Of a stretch of DNA of 64,000 bases, positions 26,078 to 35,265 are shown in pieces; the first letter of the stretch is position 1; each line of letters opens with the position of its first letter. The notes beneath the pieces are model-generated. The model saw only the letters and a program-made list of their open reading frames with translations, did not search any database and was not told the origin of the DNA. The translations under genes and the position numbers were made by a program. The stretch comes from Candidatus Woesearchaeota archaeon (lineage in GTDB: Archaea > Nanobdellota > Nanobdellia > Pacearchaeales > GW2011-AR1). The stretch covers positions 176-64,175 of the forward strand of contig CAZFHC010000002.1 of NCBI GenBank assembly GCA_964518625.1. The letters run 5' to 3'.

Positions 26078-27736
26078 TTACAGGTTTCTCAATTTTCTAA
26101 TTTTAATAAAAATAGTTGCAATAAATAGAGAAGAAGAATAAATAAGCAATTTTAGCAAATTTAAAATATTAGTTTGGTTAAATTCAGCATTAAATAATAA
26201 AGATCGTCTTAACAATTCTTCTAAAATAATTAAAGGAGAGAAAGACATAACCTTTCTAAATATAAAAGGAAGTGTCTCAATTGGACTAATAATTGAAGAA
26301 AACATCATAAGTAGTAATGCCAGAGAAATAATTGATAGTGTCATGCTTTCAAAAGAACCAAAAATGTTTCCCATTAAAATACCAATCATAGCAAAACAAA
26401 ATACCGACGTTAATACAATAGAGATCAGTAAATGTAGATTCCCAATAATATCAAGTTTCACAAAGAATATAGAAAATAATAATATAATAGAAATCTCAAT
26501 AATAATAATAATAGAGCTAATAAGTAGATTACTAAAAACAAAATCTCTTTGTGGTGTTTTCGAGAGCATACTTCTAACATAACCTTTGGATAAGTTTTCC
26601 TTTAATGCAATAGTTGATGCAAAAGTGAGTGAAATAAACATAATAAAAAAGGATAAAAAAGTTGGGTATATATAATCTATAAATTCAAGATTTCCACCAA
26701 TATAATTTCCATCGTCGTTAGTTAAGTCATTATATCCAACTGGAATAGGATGGAGTAAACTATCTAATTCTAATTCTCCTAAAAATTCTAAATCATTTTC
26801 AACTAAATCTAAATAAAGGTTAAGTGAATCTAAATTTTTATCAATAGCTTCAAATTCAAAATAATCTAATTGCCTATAATCTATGTAATTTTCTGTCCCA
26901 CTACCTTTTTTGTTAGAAGACATTGTCTCAAGAATAAATGAAGTATCATCTATATCTTCAATCATTTTGTCAAAGTCATCATCACCAAGAATCCCCATAT
27001 TATGAATATCATGAACATAGTCATGTAAATGATGCAAGGTATTTTTTGCTGAGCCTATATCGTCTAATATACTAGAGCTATCAACATAGCTTCTTTTGAA
27101 GTCATTTACCATGGATTCTAAGGTTGTCAGCTCACGTTCAACACTTGAAACAACACCAGTTGCTTCTTTTATATTTTCAGTAGCTTTTTCTGCTTGATGA
27201 TTAATATTAGTATCAATCTCTTTACGAATTTGAGAGGAATAAAGTTCTATTATAGAATTTAAGGAATTAATAATTCCCCATACGGTTCTTTGTTTCGAAT
27301 AATCTAAAAAAACATCTAAAGAATAACTAATTCCAGCAGATTCTAGTTGTTTTGTCGTATACCCCAAATCAGTCATAGGCATATCCATTTTGCCCTTTTG
27401 AAAAACAATACAGACATTCCTTTCTCCATTTTTTAAATTTTGTAAACAATCAGTTTTTGATTCATAATTCACCGTAAAACCACGATTTTTCATTATCTCA
27501 ATAAAATCATTAGAAAATGTATTTGAATCCAAGAGGTTACTGTTGATAATACAGTTATTCTTTGTCATACTGTCCCCAGCAATAACACCTACAGTTAATC
27601 CTGACAAGCTTGTCGTAGAAAGTCCACCACCAACAATTAATATTAGAACAATAGGTCCTAATACCATCATTATAAGTGTTAATTTAGAGTTGAATAAGGT
27701 TAAAAAGTCTTTTTTTAAAATAGCTGGAAATTTCAT
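26078..27736 (-). CDS. ABC-2 type transporter permease with large extracytoplasmic coiled-coil insert (YhgE/Pip-like architecture)
   Basis: N-terminal TM, about 300-aa extracellular region, and a C-terminal cluster of 5 TM helices. Start overlaps the ATPase gene stop by 4 nt. Confidence 0.7.
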   Translation of the reverse strand: MKFPAILKKDFLTLFNSKLTLIMMVLGPIVLILIVGGGLSTTSLSGLTVGVIAGDSMTKNNCIINSNLLDSNTFSNDFIEIMKNRGFTVNYESKTDCLQNLKNGERNVCIVFQKGKMDMPMTDLGYTTKQLESAGISYSLDVFLDYSKQRTVWGIINSLNSIIELYSSQIRKEIDTNINHQAEKATENIKEATGVVSSVERELTTLESMVNDFKRSYVDSSSILDDIGSAKNTLHHLHDYVHDIHNMGILGDDDFDKMIEDIDDTSFILETMSSNKKGSGTENYIDYRQLDYFEFEAIDKNLDSLNLYLDLVENDLEFLGELELDSLLHPIPVGYNDLTNDDGNYIGGNLEFIDYIYPTFLSFFIMFISLTFASTIALKENLSKGYVRSMLSKTPQRDFVFSNLLISSIIIIIEISIILLFSIFFVKLDIIGNLHLLISIVLTSVFCFAMIGILMGNIFGSFESMTLSIISLALLLMMFSSIISPIETLPFIFRKVMSFSPLIILEELLRRSLLFNAEFNQTNILNLLKLLIYSSSLFIATIFIKIRKLRNL

Positions 27737-28314
27737 TGTTGAGTTTTATATATATCTTTTAATTGATTTTTAGAAAGTGAAAATAATTTCTTTTCATGAA
27801 CAATAAAGAATTTATTACATAAACTTTCTATTACGTCTAATCTATGTGATGATAATATAATAGTAATCCCATTTATATTAAGATTTTTATATAATTGCAT
27901 TAATTCTTTTACAAGAAAAGGGTCTAATCCAACAAATGGTTCATCTAAAAGCAAGATTTCAGGATCATTTAGTAATGCACATGCAAGATCTAATCTTTTT
28001 TGGGTACCACCAGATAATGATGAAGCCAATGTATTCCTGAAATTTAACAAGTCAAGGGAATTCATCAGTTCCCCAATTTTTGTTTTATAATCTTTAACTT
28101 TATAAATCTTTGAAAAAAAAACAAGATTTTGATATAAGGTTAATTTTTTATAAAAAGAATTATTCTGCAAAGAAAATCCCATTTTCCCATTAATATTTAT
28201 TTTGCCTTTAGTTGGTCTCATAATACCAATTAATATTTTCACAAAAACAGATTTTCCAGATCCACTAGACCCAATCAATCCAACAAAATCACTAGAATTA
28301 ATACTAAAATTCAA
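27733..28314 (-). CDS. ABC transporter ATP-binding protein; N-terminal 22 codons sit in another frame (break in an A9 run)
   Basis: Walker A GSSGSGKSV, signature LSGGTQKRLDLACAL, Walker B ILLLDEPF, SSHRL. The track ORF starts at an internal TTG. The upstream ATG at 28379 gives MKGIISALGVSKGFKKK.., the expected N-terminal strand, in the -1 frame. Confidence 0.8.
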   Translation of the reverse strand: MNFSINSSDFVGLIGSSGSGKSVFVKILIGIMRPTKGKININGKMGFSLQNNSFYKKLTLYQNLVFFSKIYKVKDYKTKIGELMNSLDLLNFRNTLASSLSGGTQKRLDLACALLNDPEILLLDEPFVGLDPFLVKELMQLYKNLNINGITIILSSHRLDVIESLCNKFFIVHEKKLFSLSKNQLKDIYKTQQ

Positions 28315-28427
28315 ATCATCATAAATAATTTTTTTTTAAAACCTTTAGATACACCTAATGCTGAGATTATCCCCTTCATAATGAATATCAACAATTAATT
28401 TATTTAAATCTTCCCAAAAAAGAAATA

Positions 28428-28502
28428 CGCACCTGACAGGATTTGAACCTGCGACCCCTGCCTTAGAAGGGCAGTGCTCTATCCAGGCTGAGCTACAGGT
28501 GC
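28428..28502 (-). tRNA. tRNA-Arg (UCU)
   Basis: GCACCTG/CAGGTGC acceptor, GCTC/GAGC D stem, CTGCC-CTTCTAA-GGCAG anticodon arm, GCAGG-TTCAAAT-CCTGT T arm. Confidence 0.9.
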
Positions 28503-28581
28503 ATAAACTGATTAAAAAATAGAAGTTTAAAAGATTATCTACAATATAAATTCTTAAATACTAATACTGAATTACTCTCTT

Positions 28582-28935
28582 ATGGAACTAATTGCATTAT
28601 TATCAACTGGGAAAGGCTCATGGGGTCAGGTCGCAGGTCTAATAAGAAAAGGAGAATGGGAAAAAATAATAGTTTTAGGTGCATCTTTTGCAAAAGAATT
28701 TAGCGTAACAGGAATCCCCTTTGATTTTATAGAATATGATCCAACAAAAGGTTTGGTTCAAATGAAAAAAGAACTTGAAAAGAAGCTTAAAGGGAAATTC
28801 GAAGGATTAGAAGTTGCTTTATCAATTGCTTCAGGAAATGGGAAAGAACATATGGCTTTACAATCTGCATTATTAGCATTACCAGTAGGTATAAGATTTA
28901 CAGCATTGACAAAAGATGGTATAGTAATGTTATAA
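28582..28935 (+). CDS. hypothetical small alpha/beta (Rossmann-like) protein
   Basis: 117 aa. LIALLSTGKGSW near the N-terminus and SIASGNGKEHMAL later. No confident family call. Confidence 0.5.
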   Translation: MELIALLSTGKGSWGQVAGLIRKGEWEKIIVLGASFAKEFSVTGIPFDFIEYDPTKGLVQMKKELEKKLKGKFEGLEVALSIASGNGKEHMALQSALLALPVGIRFTALTKDGIVML

Positions 28936-30414
28936 TTAATTAAAAGTAATAGCAGGATTCTTTCTTAGATATTTTATTGCTTCCTGTAATTTGTCTTCAC
29001 TACTAGCATATAAAGTTAAAAGTTTCTCACCTTTTTTCACGGGACCAATATGCTTGTGTAAAAATGCTCCAGAAGAAGCTAATTCAGGAGTACCTAATAT
29101 TCTACAAGCCATATTTATTTTTTTATTATCAATACTTGTTATTTTCCCAGAATATCCAGAATTGAAAGTCTTTGTGAATTTATCTAATTTCAATTTTCTA
29201 ATTTTAAAATCAAAATTATTTTTACCATTTTGCGCATTTATTATTTCTTTGAATTTTTCATAAGCCTTTCCATTATCTAACAACTCAATTGCTTTTTTCT
29301 TAGGTTCTTTTATTCCTCCAAGTTCCAATAAATATTCAGCAAGGTTTAATGATTTTTTTCTTAAATCTTGTGGAGCATCTTCTTGTAATTTTAGAACTTT
29401 TATTATATCTAACATTTCAAGAACAGGGCCAATTCCATTTCCAATAGGTTGTTTCCCATCTGTATATATCACTTTAGTTTTTACATTAAAATGTTCTGAA
29501 ATTTCTTCAAACTTATTCCCAAGTTTTTTAGCATCCTTTATGTTTTTTATTTTTCCACTCTTTCCATACGGGATATCAATAAGAATTTTTTTGCTACCAG
29601 CGGCAATTTTTTTTGACAGAATAGAAGCTAATAATTGTGAATCAATATCTAAATTAAGCAATCTCTCAATTTGAATAATTTTATCGTCACTAGGAGAAAG
29701 TCTGAGTCCTCCTCCCCAAACAAGACAAGCATTAGTTTTTTTAACAATACTTTGGATTTCTTCAGATGTCAATTCAATATTTGCAATAGTTTCTATAACA
29801 TCTGCAGTTCCAGCAGCAGAAGTAATAGCACGAGAAGATGTTTTTGGAATTTTCAACCCAGCAGCAGCACAAATACTAACGACTATAGGAGTTGTCCTAT
29901 TCCCAGCAATTCCACCGATACAATGTTTGTCAACTATATTTTTAGAATTAAATTTTAATTTCATACCCGTCTTTACCATTGCAGCAGTTAATGCAATAGA
30001 TTCTTTCATGGTCATTCCTTTAAGCTTTTGAGCTGCAACAAAGTATGCAATTTCTGCTTCAGTTAAATTATTTTTTACAATTTGTTCAATAATAACTTCA
30101 ATTTCTTTAGCTGTTAATTCATATCCTGCAATTTTCTTTTTAATAATTTGACCAGCTTCTGAAATTTCTGCAGCATGAACATTTAATTTATATCCTTCTT
30201 TTGCTAAAAATGCATCATTAACCTCTTCAGATAAACCTATTTCATCTTCTTTAACAAGTCTAGAAAAAATATCAACAACAGCATAAAATTTATGTCCATT
30301 TTCAAGGCAAACCCTATCGTTTTGAAAAACATTTAATCTTCTTGCTGTCTTATCATGGAGAATAACAACTGGCCTACCAGCCAACCACTTAAATTTCTTC
30401 ACCTTCAATTTCAT
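28936..30414 (-). CDS. deoA: AMP phosphorylase / thymidine phosphorylase family (archaeal long form)
   Basis: 492 aa. N-terminal extra domain KLKVKKFKWLAGRPVVILH.., glycosyl-transferase core ..DKHCIGGIAGNRTTPIVVSICAA..TSSRAITSAAGTADV.. Confidence 0.85.
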   Translation of the reverse strand: MKLKVKKFKWLAGRPVVILHDKTARRLNVFQNDRVCLENGHKFYAVVDIFSRLVKEDEIGLSEEVNDAFLAKEGYKLNVHAAEISEAGQIIKKKIAGYELTAKEIEVIIEQIVKNNLTEAEIAYFVAAQKLKGMTMKESIALTAAMVKTGMKLKFNSKNIVDKHCIGGIAGNRTTPIVVSICAAAGLKIPKTSSRAITSAAGTADVIETIANIELTSEEIQSIVKKTNACLVWGGGLRLSPSDDKIIQIERLLNLDIDSQLLASILSKKIAAGSKKILIDIPYGKSGKIKNIKDAKKLGNKFEEISEHFNVKTKVIYTDGKQPIGNGIGPVLEMLDIIKVLKLQEDAPQDLRKKSLNLAEYLLELGGIKEPKKKAIELLDNGKAYEKFKEIINAQNGKNNFDFKIRKLKLDKFTKTFNSGYSGKITSIDNKKINMACRILGTPELASSGAFLHKHIGPVKKGEKLLTLYASSEDKLQEAIKYLRKNPAITFN

Positions 30415-30416
30415 TA

Positions 30417-31448
30417 TTAATTATCTGTATTTTTTAATTTAATAATCTTTCCATCTTTATAGACTTCCAATACAATTAATGTATAGGCTAAAACCAAAGG
30501 ACCGATAATTAAACCAATAATGCCAAATGCCATTAAACCACCAACAGTACCAATCAAACTAATTGCAATTGGAAGGTTAGATGATCTTGATACAAAGTAA
30601 GGTCTAATAAGATTGTCAATATTCGAAACAAAAATAGCTCCATATAAAGATAATATAATAGCTGTAGTAATATCTCCTTGAATTAAAGAATAAATAGCAA
30701 CAGGTCCCCAAACAAGCCATGGTCCAATAATAGGAATAATTGCTAAAACCATTGAAAGAAAGGTAAGTGTTAGAATATTATCAAATCCTAACAGTAAAAA
30801 TCCAAGTCCCATTAAAAGTCCTTGAATTAAACCGACAAGAACTTGTCCCATTAAAACAGCATTTGTAACACTCTTAAATTCATTAGCAATCATCTTTCCT
30901 GCTCCTTTAGAAAAAGGAGAAATTTTATATACATAATGATTCAATTTATCAAAATCTTTTACAACAAAAAAGAATGTAAAGAATGCTACAAATATTTGCA
31001 ATAAAAGTCCAGGGATGTTAATTATAACATCTGAGAAAGATTGCATAATTTGTTGAATAGCCTGATCTATAAAACTATTTAGAGAAACATCTAACTGATA
31101 AATTATTTCATCATTCAAAAAAGGAGTTGAAAAATAAGAGAAGACAGTGCTTAAATCAAAATCTTGCATCTCGCCATAAACTTCAAATGTTTGTTGAACA
31201 AGGGTTGGGGTAAAAGAAACAATAGGTATTATAATAAGGGCTAATAATGCAATTAATATAATCAAAGTAGAAAGAGTTTTATTTCTTACTAATTTCCTTA
31301 ATCTTTTTTCAACAGGCTTAAATATATATCCAAGCAAAAACCCAAAAATAATAGCAATAAAAATAGGTCTTAATACTATGAATGTAAGAATTAAAATTAC
31401 AAGTACAATTCCCCAAATAATTATATTATTCAACTGACTCTTTCTCAT
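30417..31448 (-). CDS. AI-2E family transporter (UPF0118/PerM-like)
   Basis: Polytopic membrane protein with ..AIIPIIGPWLVWGPVAIY.. and ..NLIRPYFVSRS.., typical family patterns. Confidence 0.8.
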   Translation of the reverse strand: MRKSQLNNIIIWGIVLVILILTFIVLRPIFIAIIFGFLLGYIFKPVEKRLRKLVRNKTLSTLIILIALLALIIIPIVSFTPTLVQQTFEVYGEMQDFDLSTVFSYFSTPFLNDEIIYQLDVSLNSFIDQAIQQIMQSFSDVIINIPGLLLQIFVAFFTFFFVVKDFDKLNHYVYKISPFSKGAGKMIANEFKSVTNAVLMGQVLVGLIQGLLMGLGFLLLGFDNILTLTFLSMVLAIIPIIGPWLVWGPVAIYSLIQGDITTAIILSLYGAIFVSNIDNLIRPYFVSRSSNLPIAISLIGTVGGLMAFGIIGLIIGPLVLAYTLIVLEVYKDGKIIKLKNTDN

Positions 31449-31512
31449 TATATATAGCAGATAAAAATATTTTATAAATGTTAGTTATGCTAATCCTATA
31501 AAAAGGGAAAGC

Positions 31513-31522
31513 TTTATAAATA
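31513..31522 (+). promoter_or_regulatory. TATA box (TTTATAAATA) with purine-rich BRE-like upstream, candidate promoter of the L3 operon
   Basis: GGGAAAGC-TTTATAAATA at 31505-31522. ATG of rpl3 at 31654 implies a leader of about 110 nt. Confidence 0.45.
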
Positions 31523-31653
31523 GAAGTGACGCAATTCTTTTGTATAGTGGTCCAAAACTTGAATGTTTGGGCTTGGTTATTTTGGCTATGGTTGAAGTCA
31601 GTTCAAAGCGAAGTGCTTTTCGCTCTTAGAACAAAACACAGGAAATATATAAT

Positions 31654-32601
31654 ATGACAGATAATAATGGACAAAGGAAGGGAAGCTTACAATTTTACCC
31701 AAGGGTAAGAGCAAAAAAAATCATACCTAGAGTTAACTGGGTAGGAATTAAAAAGAAAGAATTTGGATTATTAGGTTTTATAGGATATAAAGTAGGAATG
31801 ACATCTGTATTTGTAAAAGATGAGACAGAAAATTCTATGACAAAAGGCAAAAAGATAGTAATTCCAGCAACAATAATAGAATGTCCAACAATGAATATTT
31901 ATGCTGTAAGATTTTATAATAATAAAAAAATAGTAAAAGATATTGTAGTTAATAATTCAAAAGATTTAAAGAATAAATTAAAAGTTCCAAAAGATTCAAA
32001 GAAATTTGAGAATGATTTTCAATATGACGATATAAGAGTAATTGTATATTCTAATGTAAAAGATCTTAGTGCAGTTTCTCAAAAGAATCCATATATGATA
32101 GAACTAGGATTGTCTGGTAGTAAAGAAGAAAAAACAGAATGGATAAAAAAGAATCTAGATAAGCCTTTTTCAATAAAAGATGTTTTTACAGGTGGACTTG
32201 TAGATGCTGTTGCAGTAACAAAAGGTTACGGAACACAAGGTCCAATGAAAAGGTTTGGTGTCGCATTAAAAAGTCATAAGTCAGAAAAAGGAAGAAGAAG
32301 ACCAGGCTCATTATCTTCATTCGGTTTAAGAAGAGTTACATTTAGAGCTCCTCAAGCAGGACAGACAGGTTTCCATACAAGAGTTGTTTATAATAATTTA
32401 ATATTAAAAATAGCAGATATTAATGAATCGAATATCAATAAGACAGAGGGATTTCATAGATATGGAAAAATAAAAAATGATTATATTATATTAAAAGGAT
32501 CCATCCCTGGACCAAAGAAAAGAGCTATTGTTCTAAAGTATACAACTCGTCCAACTAAACACAAGTCAAAACAAAAATTTGAATTTATAGAATTAAGATG
32601 A
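31654..32601 (+). CDS. rpl3: 50S ribosomal protein L3 (uL3)
   Basis: ..GSLQFYPRVRAK..GYKVGMT..TKGYGTQGPMKRFGV.. First gene of the conserved archaeal S10/spc-like operon. Confidence 0.95.
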   Translation: MTDNNGQRKGSLQFYPRVRAKKIIPRVNWVGIKKKEFGLLGFIGYKVGMTSVFVKDETENSMTKGKKIVIPATIIECPTMNIYAVRFYNNKKIVKDIVVNNSKDLKNKLKVPKDSKKFENDFQYDDIRVIVYSNVKDLSAVSQKNPYMIELGLSGSKEEKTEWIKKNLDKPFSIKDVFTGGLVDAVAVTKGYGTQGPMKRFGVALKSHKSEKGRRRPGSLSSFGLRRVTFRAPQAGQTGFHTRVVYNNLILKIADINESNINKTEGFHRYGKIKNDYIILKGSIPGPKKRAIVLKYTTRPTKHKSKQKFEFIELR

Positions 32602-33383
32602 AAGCAAAAATATTAAACAAGCAAGGGAAAGAAACCGAAACAATTGAATTACCTAAAAACTTTGAAGCGAGAGTTAGACCTGATATATTAGCAAAAGTAT
32701 TCGAAGCCCAAAAATTAGCTTATACTCAAAGTTATGGAGCAAAACCAGGAGCAGGTGCTCAATATTCAGCTTCTGGAATATTAAGACATGCAAGACATGT
32801 TTGGAAAACTACATATGGGAAAGGTATCTCAAGAGTCCCAAGAAAAATAATGTCTAGAAATGGTGCTTCATTTAATTGGGTTGGTGCAACTGTTTCAAGT
32901 GCTAGAGGTGGAAGACAACCACATGCTCCAAGAGCAGAAAAGAATAGATTTAAAAAAATAAATAAAAAAGAATTATTAATTGCACTAAATTCTGCATTCG
33001 TAGGAACAATCGATAACAAATTATTATTAGCTAAATATGGGAAAGAATATTCATCTGGATTTATATTTAATGAAGAAGTTTTATCTTTAGGAACCAAAGA
33101 ATTCTTAGTATTAATGAAAGCAGTTTTTGATGAAGCTTATTCTAAAATATTAAAGAACAAATCTGTTAGGGCTGGTAGAGGTAAAACTAGAGGTAGAAAA
33201 TATAAGTCAAATGCAGGATTATTATTTGTTATAGCTTCAGATGAAGAAATGAAAAGAAGTGGAATTGATACTGTAAAAGTAAATGAATTAAGAATAGCCA
33301 ATCTTTCTCCAAACGGAGAACCTGGAAGGTTAACATGTTATACAGAAAAAGCAATAAAAGAAATAGGAGAAAGATTCAAATGA
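32598..33383 (+). CDS. rpl4: 50S ribosomal protein L4 (uL4)
   Basis: Operon position plus ..SYGAKPGAGAQYSA...GKGISRVPR.. and ..RAGRGKTRGRKYK.. Confidence 0.93.
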   Translation: MKAKILNKQGKETETIELPKNFEARVRPDILAKVFEAQKLAYTQSYGAKPGAGAQYSASGILRHARHVWKTTYGKGISRVPRKIMSRNGASFNWVGATVSSARGGRQPHAPRAEKNRFKKINKKELLIALNSAFVGTIDNKLLLAKYGKEYSSGFIFNEEVLSLGTKEFLVLMKAVFDEAYSKILKNKSVRAGRGKTRGRKYKSNAGLLFVIASDEEMKRSGIDTVKVNELRIANLSPNGEPGRLTCYTEKAIKEIGERFK

Positions 33384-33634
33384 AAACAATTATTCTAGAA
33401 AAAATTAAAGCAACAGAAAAAATTGTAAAACAAATAGAAATAGATAATGTATTAGTGTTTCAAATTGATAGAGCAGTTACTAAACCAGAAATTAGGGAAG
33501 AAGTAGAAAAGCTATTCAATGTAAAAGTTGAGTCAGTAAGAACATATACACAACAGAATAAAAAATATACTTATGTTAAATTAAAACCAGAATTTCGAGC
33601 AATAGATATTGCAACGAAATTATCAGTAATGTAA
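33380..33634 (+). CDS. rpl23: 50S ribosomal protein L23 (uL23)
   Basis: ATG 33380 (ATGA overlap with the rpl4 stop). ..LVFQIDRAVTKPEIREEVEKLFNVKVESVRT.. Confidence 0.92.
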   Translation: MKTIILEKIKATEKIVKQIEIDNVLVFQIDRAVTKPEIREEVEKLFNVKVESVRTYTQQNKKYTYVKLKPEFRAIDIATKLSVM

Positions 33635-33635
33635 A

Positions 33636-34337
33636 ATGGGTAAAAGAATAATTCAACAAAGAAGAGGACGTGGAGGTCCAACTTATAGAGTGAGAGCGAA
33701 AGCTTCATTAGATCAAAGACCAGGGTATCTGTCACAAATGGAAGGGGAATATGAGGTTGTTAGATTAATAGCATCTCCAGGTCATTCTACACCAATCGCA
33801 AGAATGAGAGGAAAAGATGGAAGAACCTTAAACATATTTGCAGTAAATTTGCTTTATGTTGGTCAAAAAATTACAGTTGGTGGTTTCAACAATGGAGATA
33901 TCTCTTGTTTAGGAGATTTAAAGAACGGAACAAAAGTTTTCAATATTGAGCATAGACCAAAAGATGGTGGAAAATTTGTGAGGACAGGTGGTTCTTCGGC
34001 AACAGTCATGAATAAAAATGGTGGGATGGTTACAATACTTATGCCATCTAAAAAGGAAAAAAAATTCGATACATCTTGTAGAGCGACAATAGGAATAGCT
34101 GCTGGTGATGGAAAATTAGAAAAACCAGTTATGAAAGCAGGTACAAAACATTATATTATGAAATCAAAATCTAAATTATGGCCAAGAACATCTCCTGTGA
34201 AGATGAATGCAATCGACCATCCTTTCGGATCTGGTAGAGGAAAAAGAATTAAGAGTAAGATTGCTAAGAGAAATGCACCTCCAGGAAAGAAAGTTGGTTT
34301 AATCAGACCTAGTAGAACAGGTAGGAAGAAACGATAA
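33636..34337 (+). CDS. rpl2: 50S ribosomal protein L2 (uL2)
   Basis: MGKRIIQQRRGRG...GDGGKFVRTGGSSATV..HPFGSGRGK.. is typical of uL2. Confidence 0.95.
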   Translation: MGKRIIQQRRGRGGPTYRVRAKASLDQRPGYLSQMEGEYEVVRLIASPGHSTPIARMRGKDGRTLNIFAVNLLYVGQKITVGGFNNGDISCLGDLKNGTKVFNIEHRPKDGGKFVRTGGSSATVMNKNGGMVTILMPSKKEKKFDTSCRATIGIAAGDGKLEKPVMKAGTKHYIMKSKSKLWPRTSPVKMNAIDHPFGSGRGKRIKSKIAKRNAPPGKKVGLIRPSRTGRKKR

Positions 34338-34720
34338 TGGCAACAATTCAAATAATCAAAAAGAATAAAGAAAGAATATTTAGAGGAAAGAAATTAGAAG
34401 ATTTAAAACAATTAGATGTTAGAGAATTCTCTAAATTAGTAAAATCTAGATCGAGAAGGTCTTTATTAAGAAACTATGATGTAATTGAAAAATTTGTTAA
34501 AAAGTGTAATGAAAGATCTGCCAAAGGCAAACAAATAAGAACACATGATAGAGAGTTAATTATTGTACCAAACATGGTAGATAGAACAATCTTTATTCAT
34601 AACGGTAAAGAGTTCCAAAAGGTTGAAATAACTGAGTTTATGTTGGGTCATAGATTAGGTGAATTTTCAATGACTAGAAAAATAGCTAAACATGCTGCAA
34701 AGACGGCAAAAAAGAAATAA
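34337..34720 (+). CDS. rps19: 30S ribosomal protein S19 (uS19)
   Basis: ..RRSLLRN...IRTHDRELIIVPNMVDRTIFIHNGKEF..GHRLGEFS.TRK.. Confidence 0.94.
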   Translation: MATIQIIKKNKERIFRGKKLEDLKQLDVREFSKLVKSRSRRSLLRNYDVIEKFVKKCNERSAKGKQIRTHDRELIIVPNMVDRTIFIHNGKEFQKVEITEFMLGHRLGEFSMTRKIAKHAAKTAKKK

Positions 34721-34721
34721 T

Positions 34722-35264
34722 ATGGAAGAAAAAATAAAAACAACACCAGAAAAAGTAGAAAGTAAGATAATTGAAGAGTCAAAATTAGAGACAAAAGTTG
34801 AAAACAAAAAACCAGTAAAAAAAGTTACACCTAAGAAAAAAGAGGAAAAAATTATTAAAGAAAAAGCTATCGCTAATGCCTATTCTCTTAGAATATCTCC
34901 AAAACAATCAAAGTATGTTTGTAGAATGATAAGAAGAAAAACTCCAGAAAGAGCAATGGAATTATTAGAAAATGTTGTAAAAGGGAAGCAGCCGGTAAAA
35001 ATGACAGGATTAGAAGTCGGTCATCAAAAAGGAAAGGGGATTGCAGGAGCAAGGTTCCCTAAAAATGCAGCACAAGGTATATTGGAAATAGTTAAGCAAT
35101 TATTGGCGAACTCAATCACAAATGGAATAGAAGATCCAATAATAACAATTGCTATGCCAAATAAAGCATCTTTACCTACTAGAAGCGGTGGACGTAAAGG
35201 AAAGCGAACTCATTTGCACTTAGAGGCACAAAGTAGAGCTAAATTATTAAAAAATAAGAAATAA
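34722..35264 (+). CDS. rpl22: 50S ribosomal protein L22 (uL22) with K/E-rich N-terminal extension
   Basis: ATG 34722. Core ..AYSLRISPKQSKYVCRMIRRKTPERAMELLENV.. is preceded by about 55 aa of K/E-rich sequence. Confidence 0.92.
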   Translation: MEEKIKTTPEKVESKIIEESKLETKVENKKPVKKVTPKKKEEKIIKEKAIANAYSLRISPKQSKYVCRMIRRKTPERAMELLENVVKGKQPVKMTGLEVGHQKGKGIAGARFPKNAAQGILEIVKQLLANSITNGIEDPIITIAMPNKASLPTRSGGRKGKRTHLHLEAQSRAKLLKNKK

Positions 35265-35265
35265 T

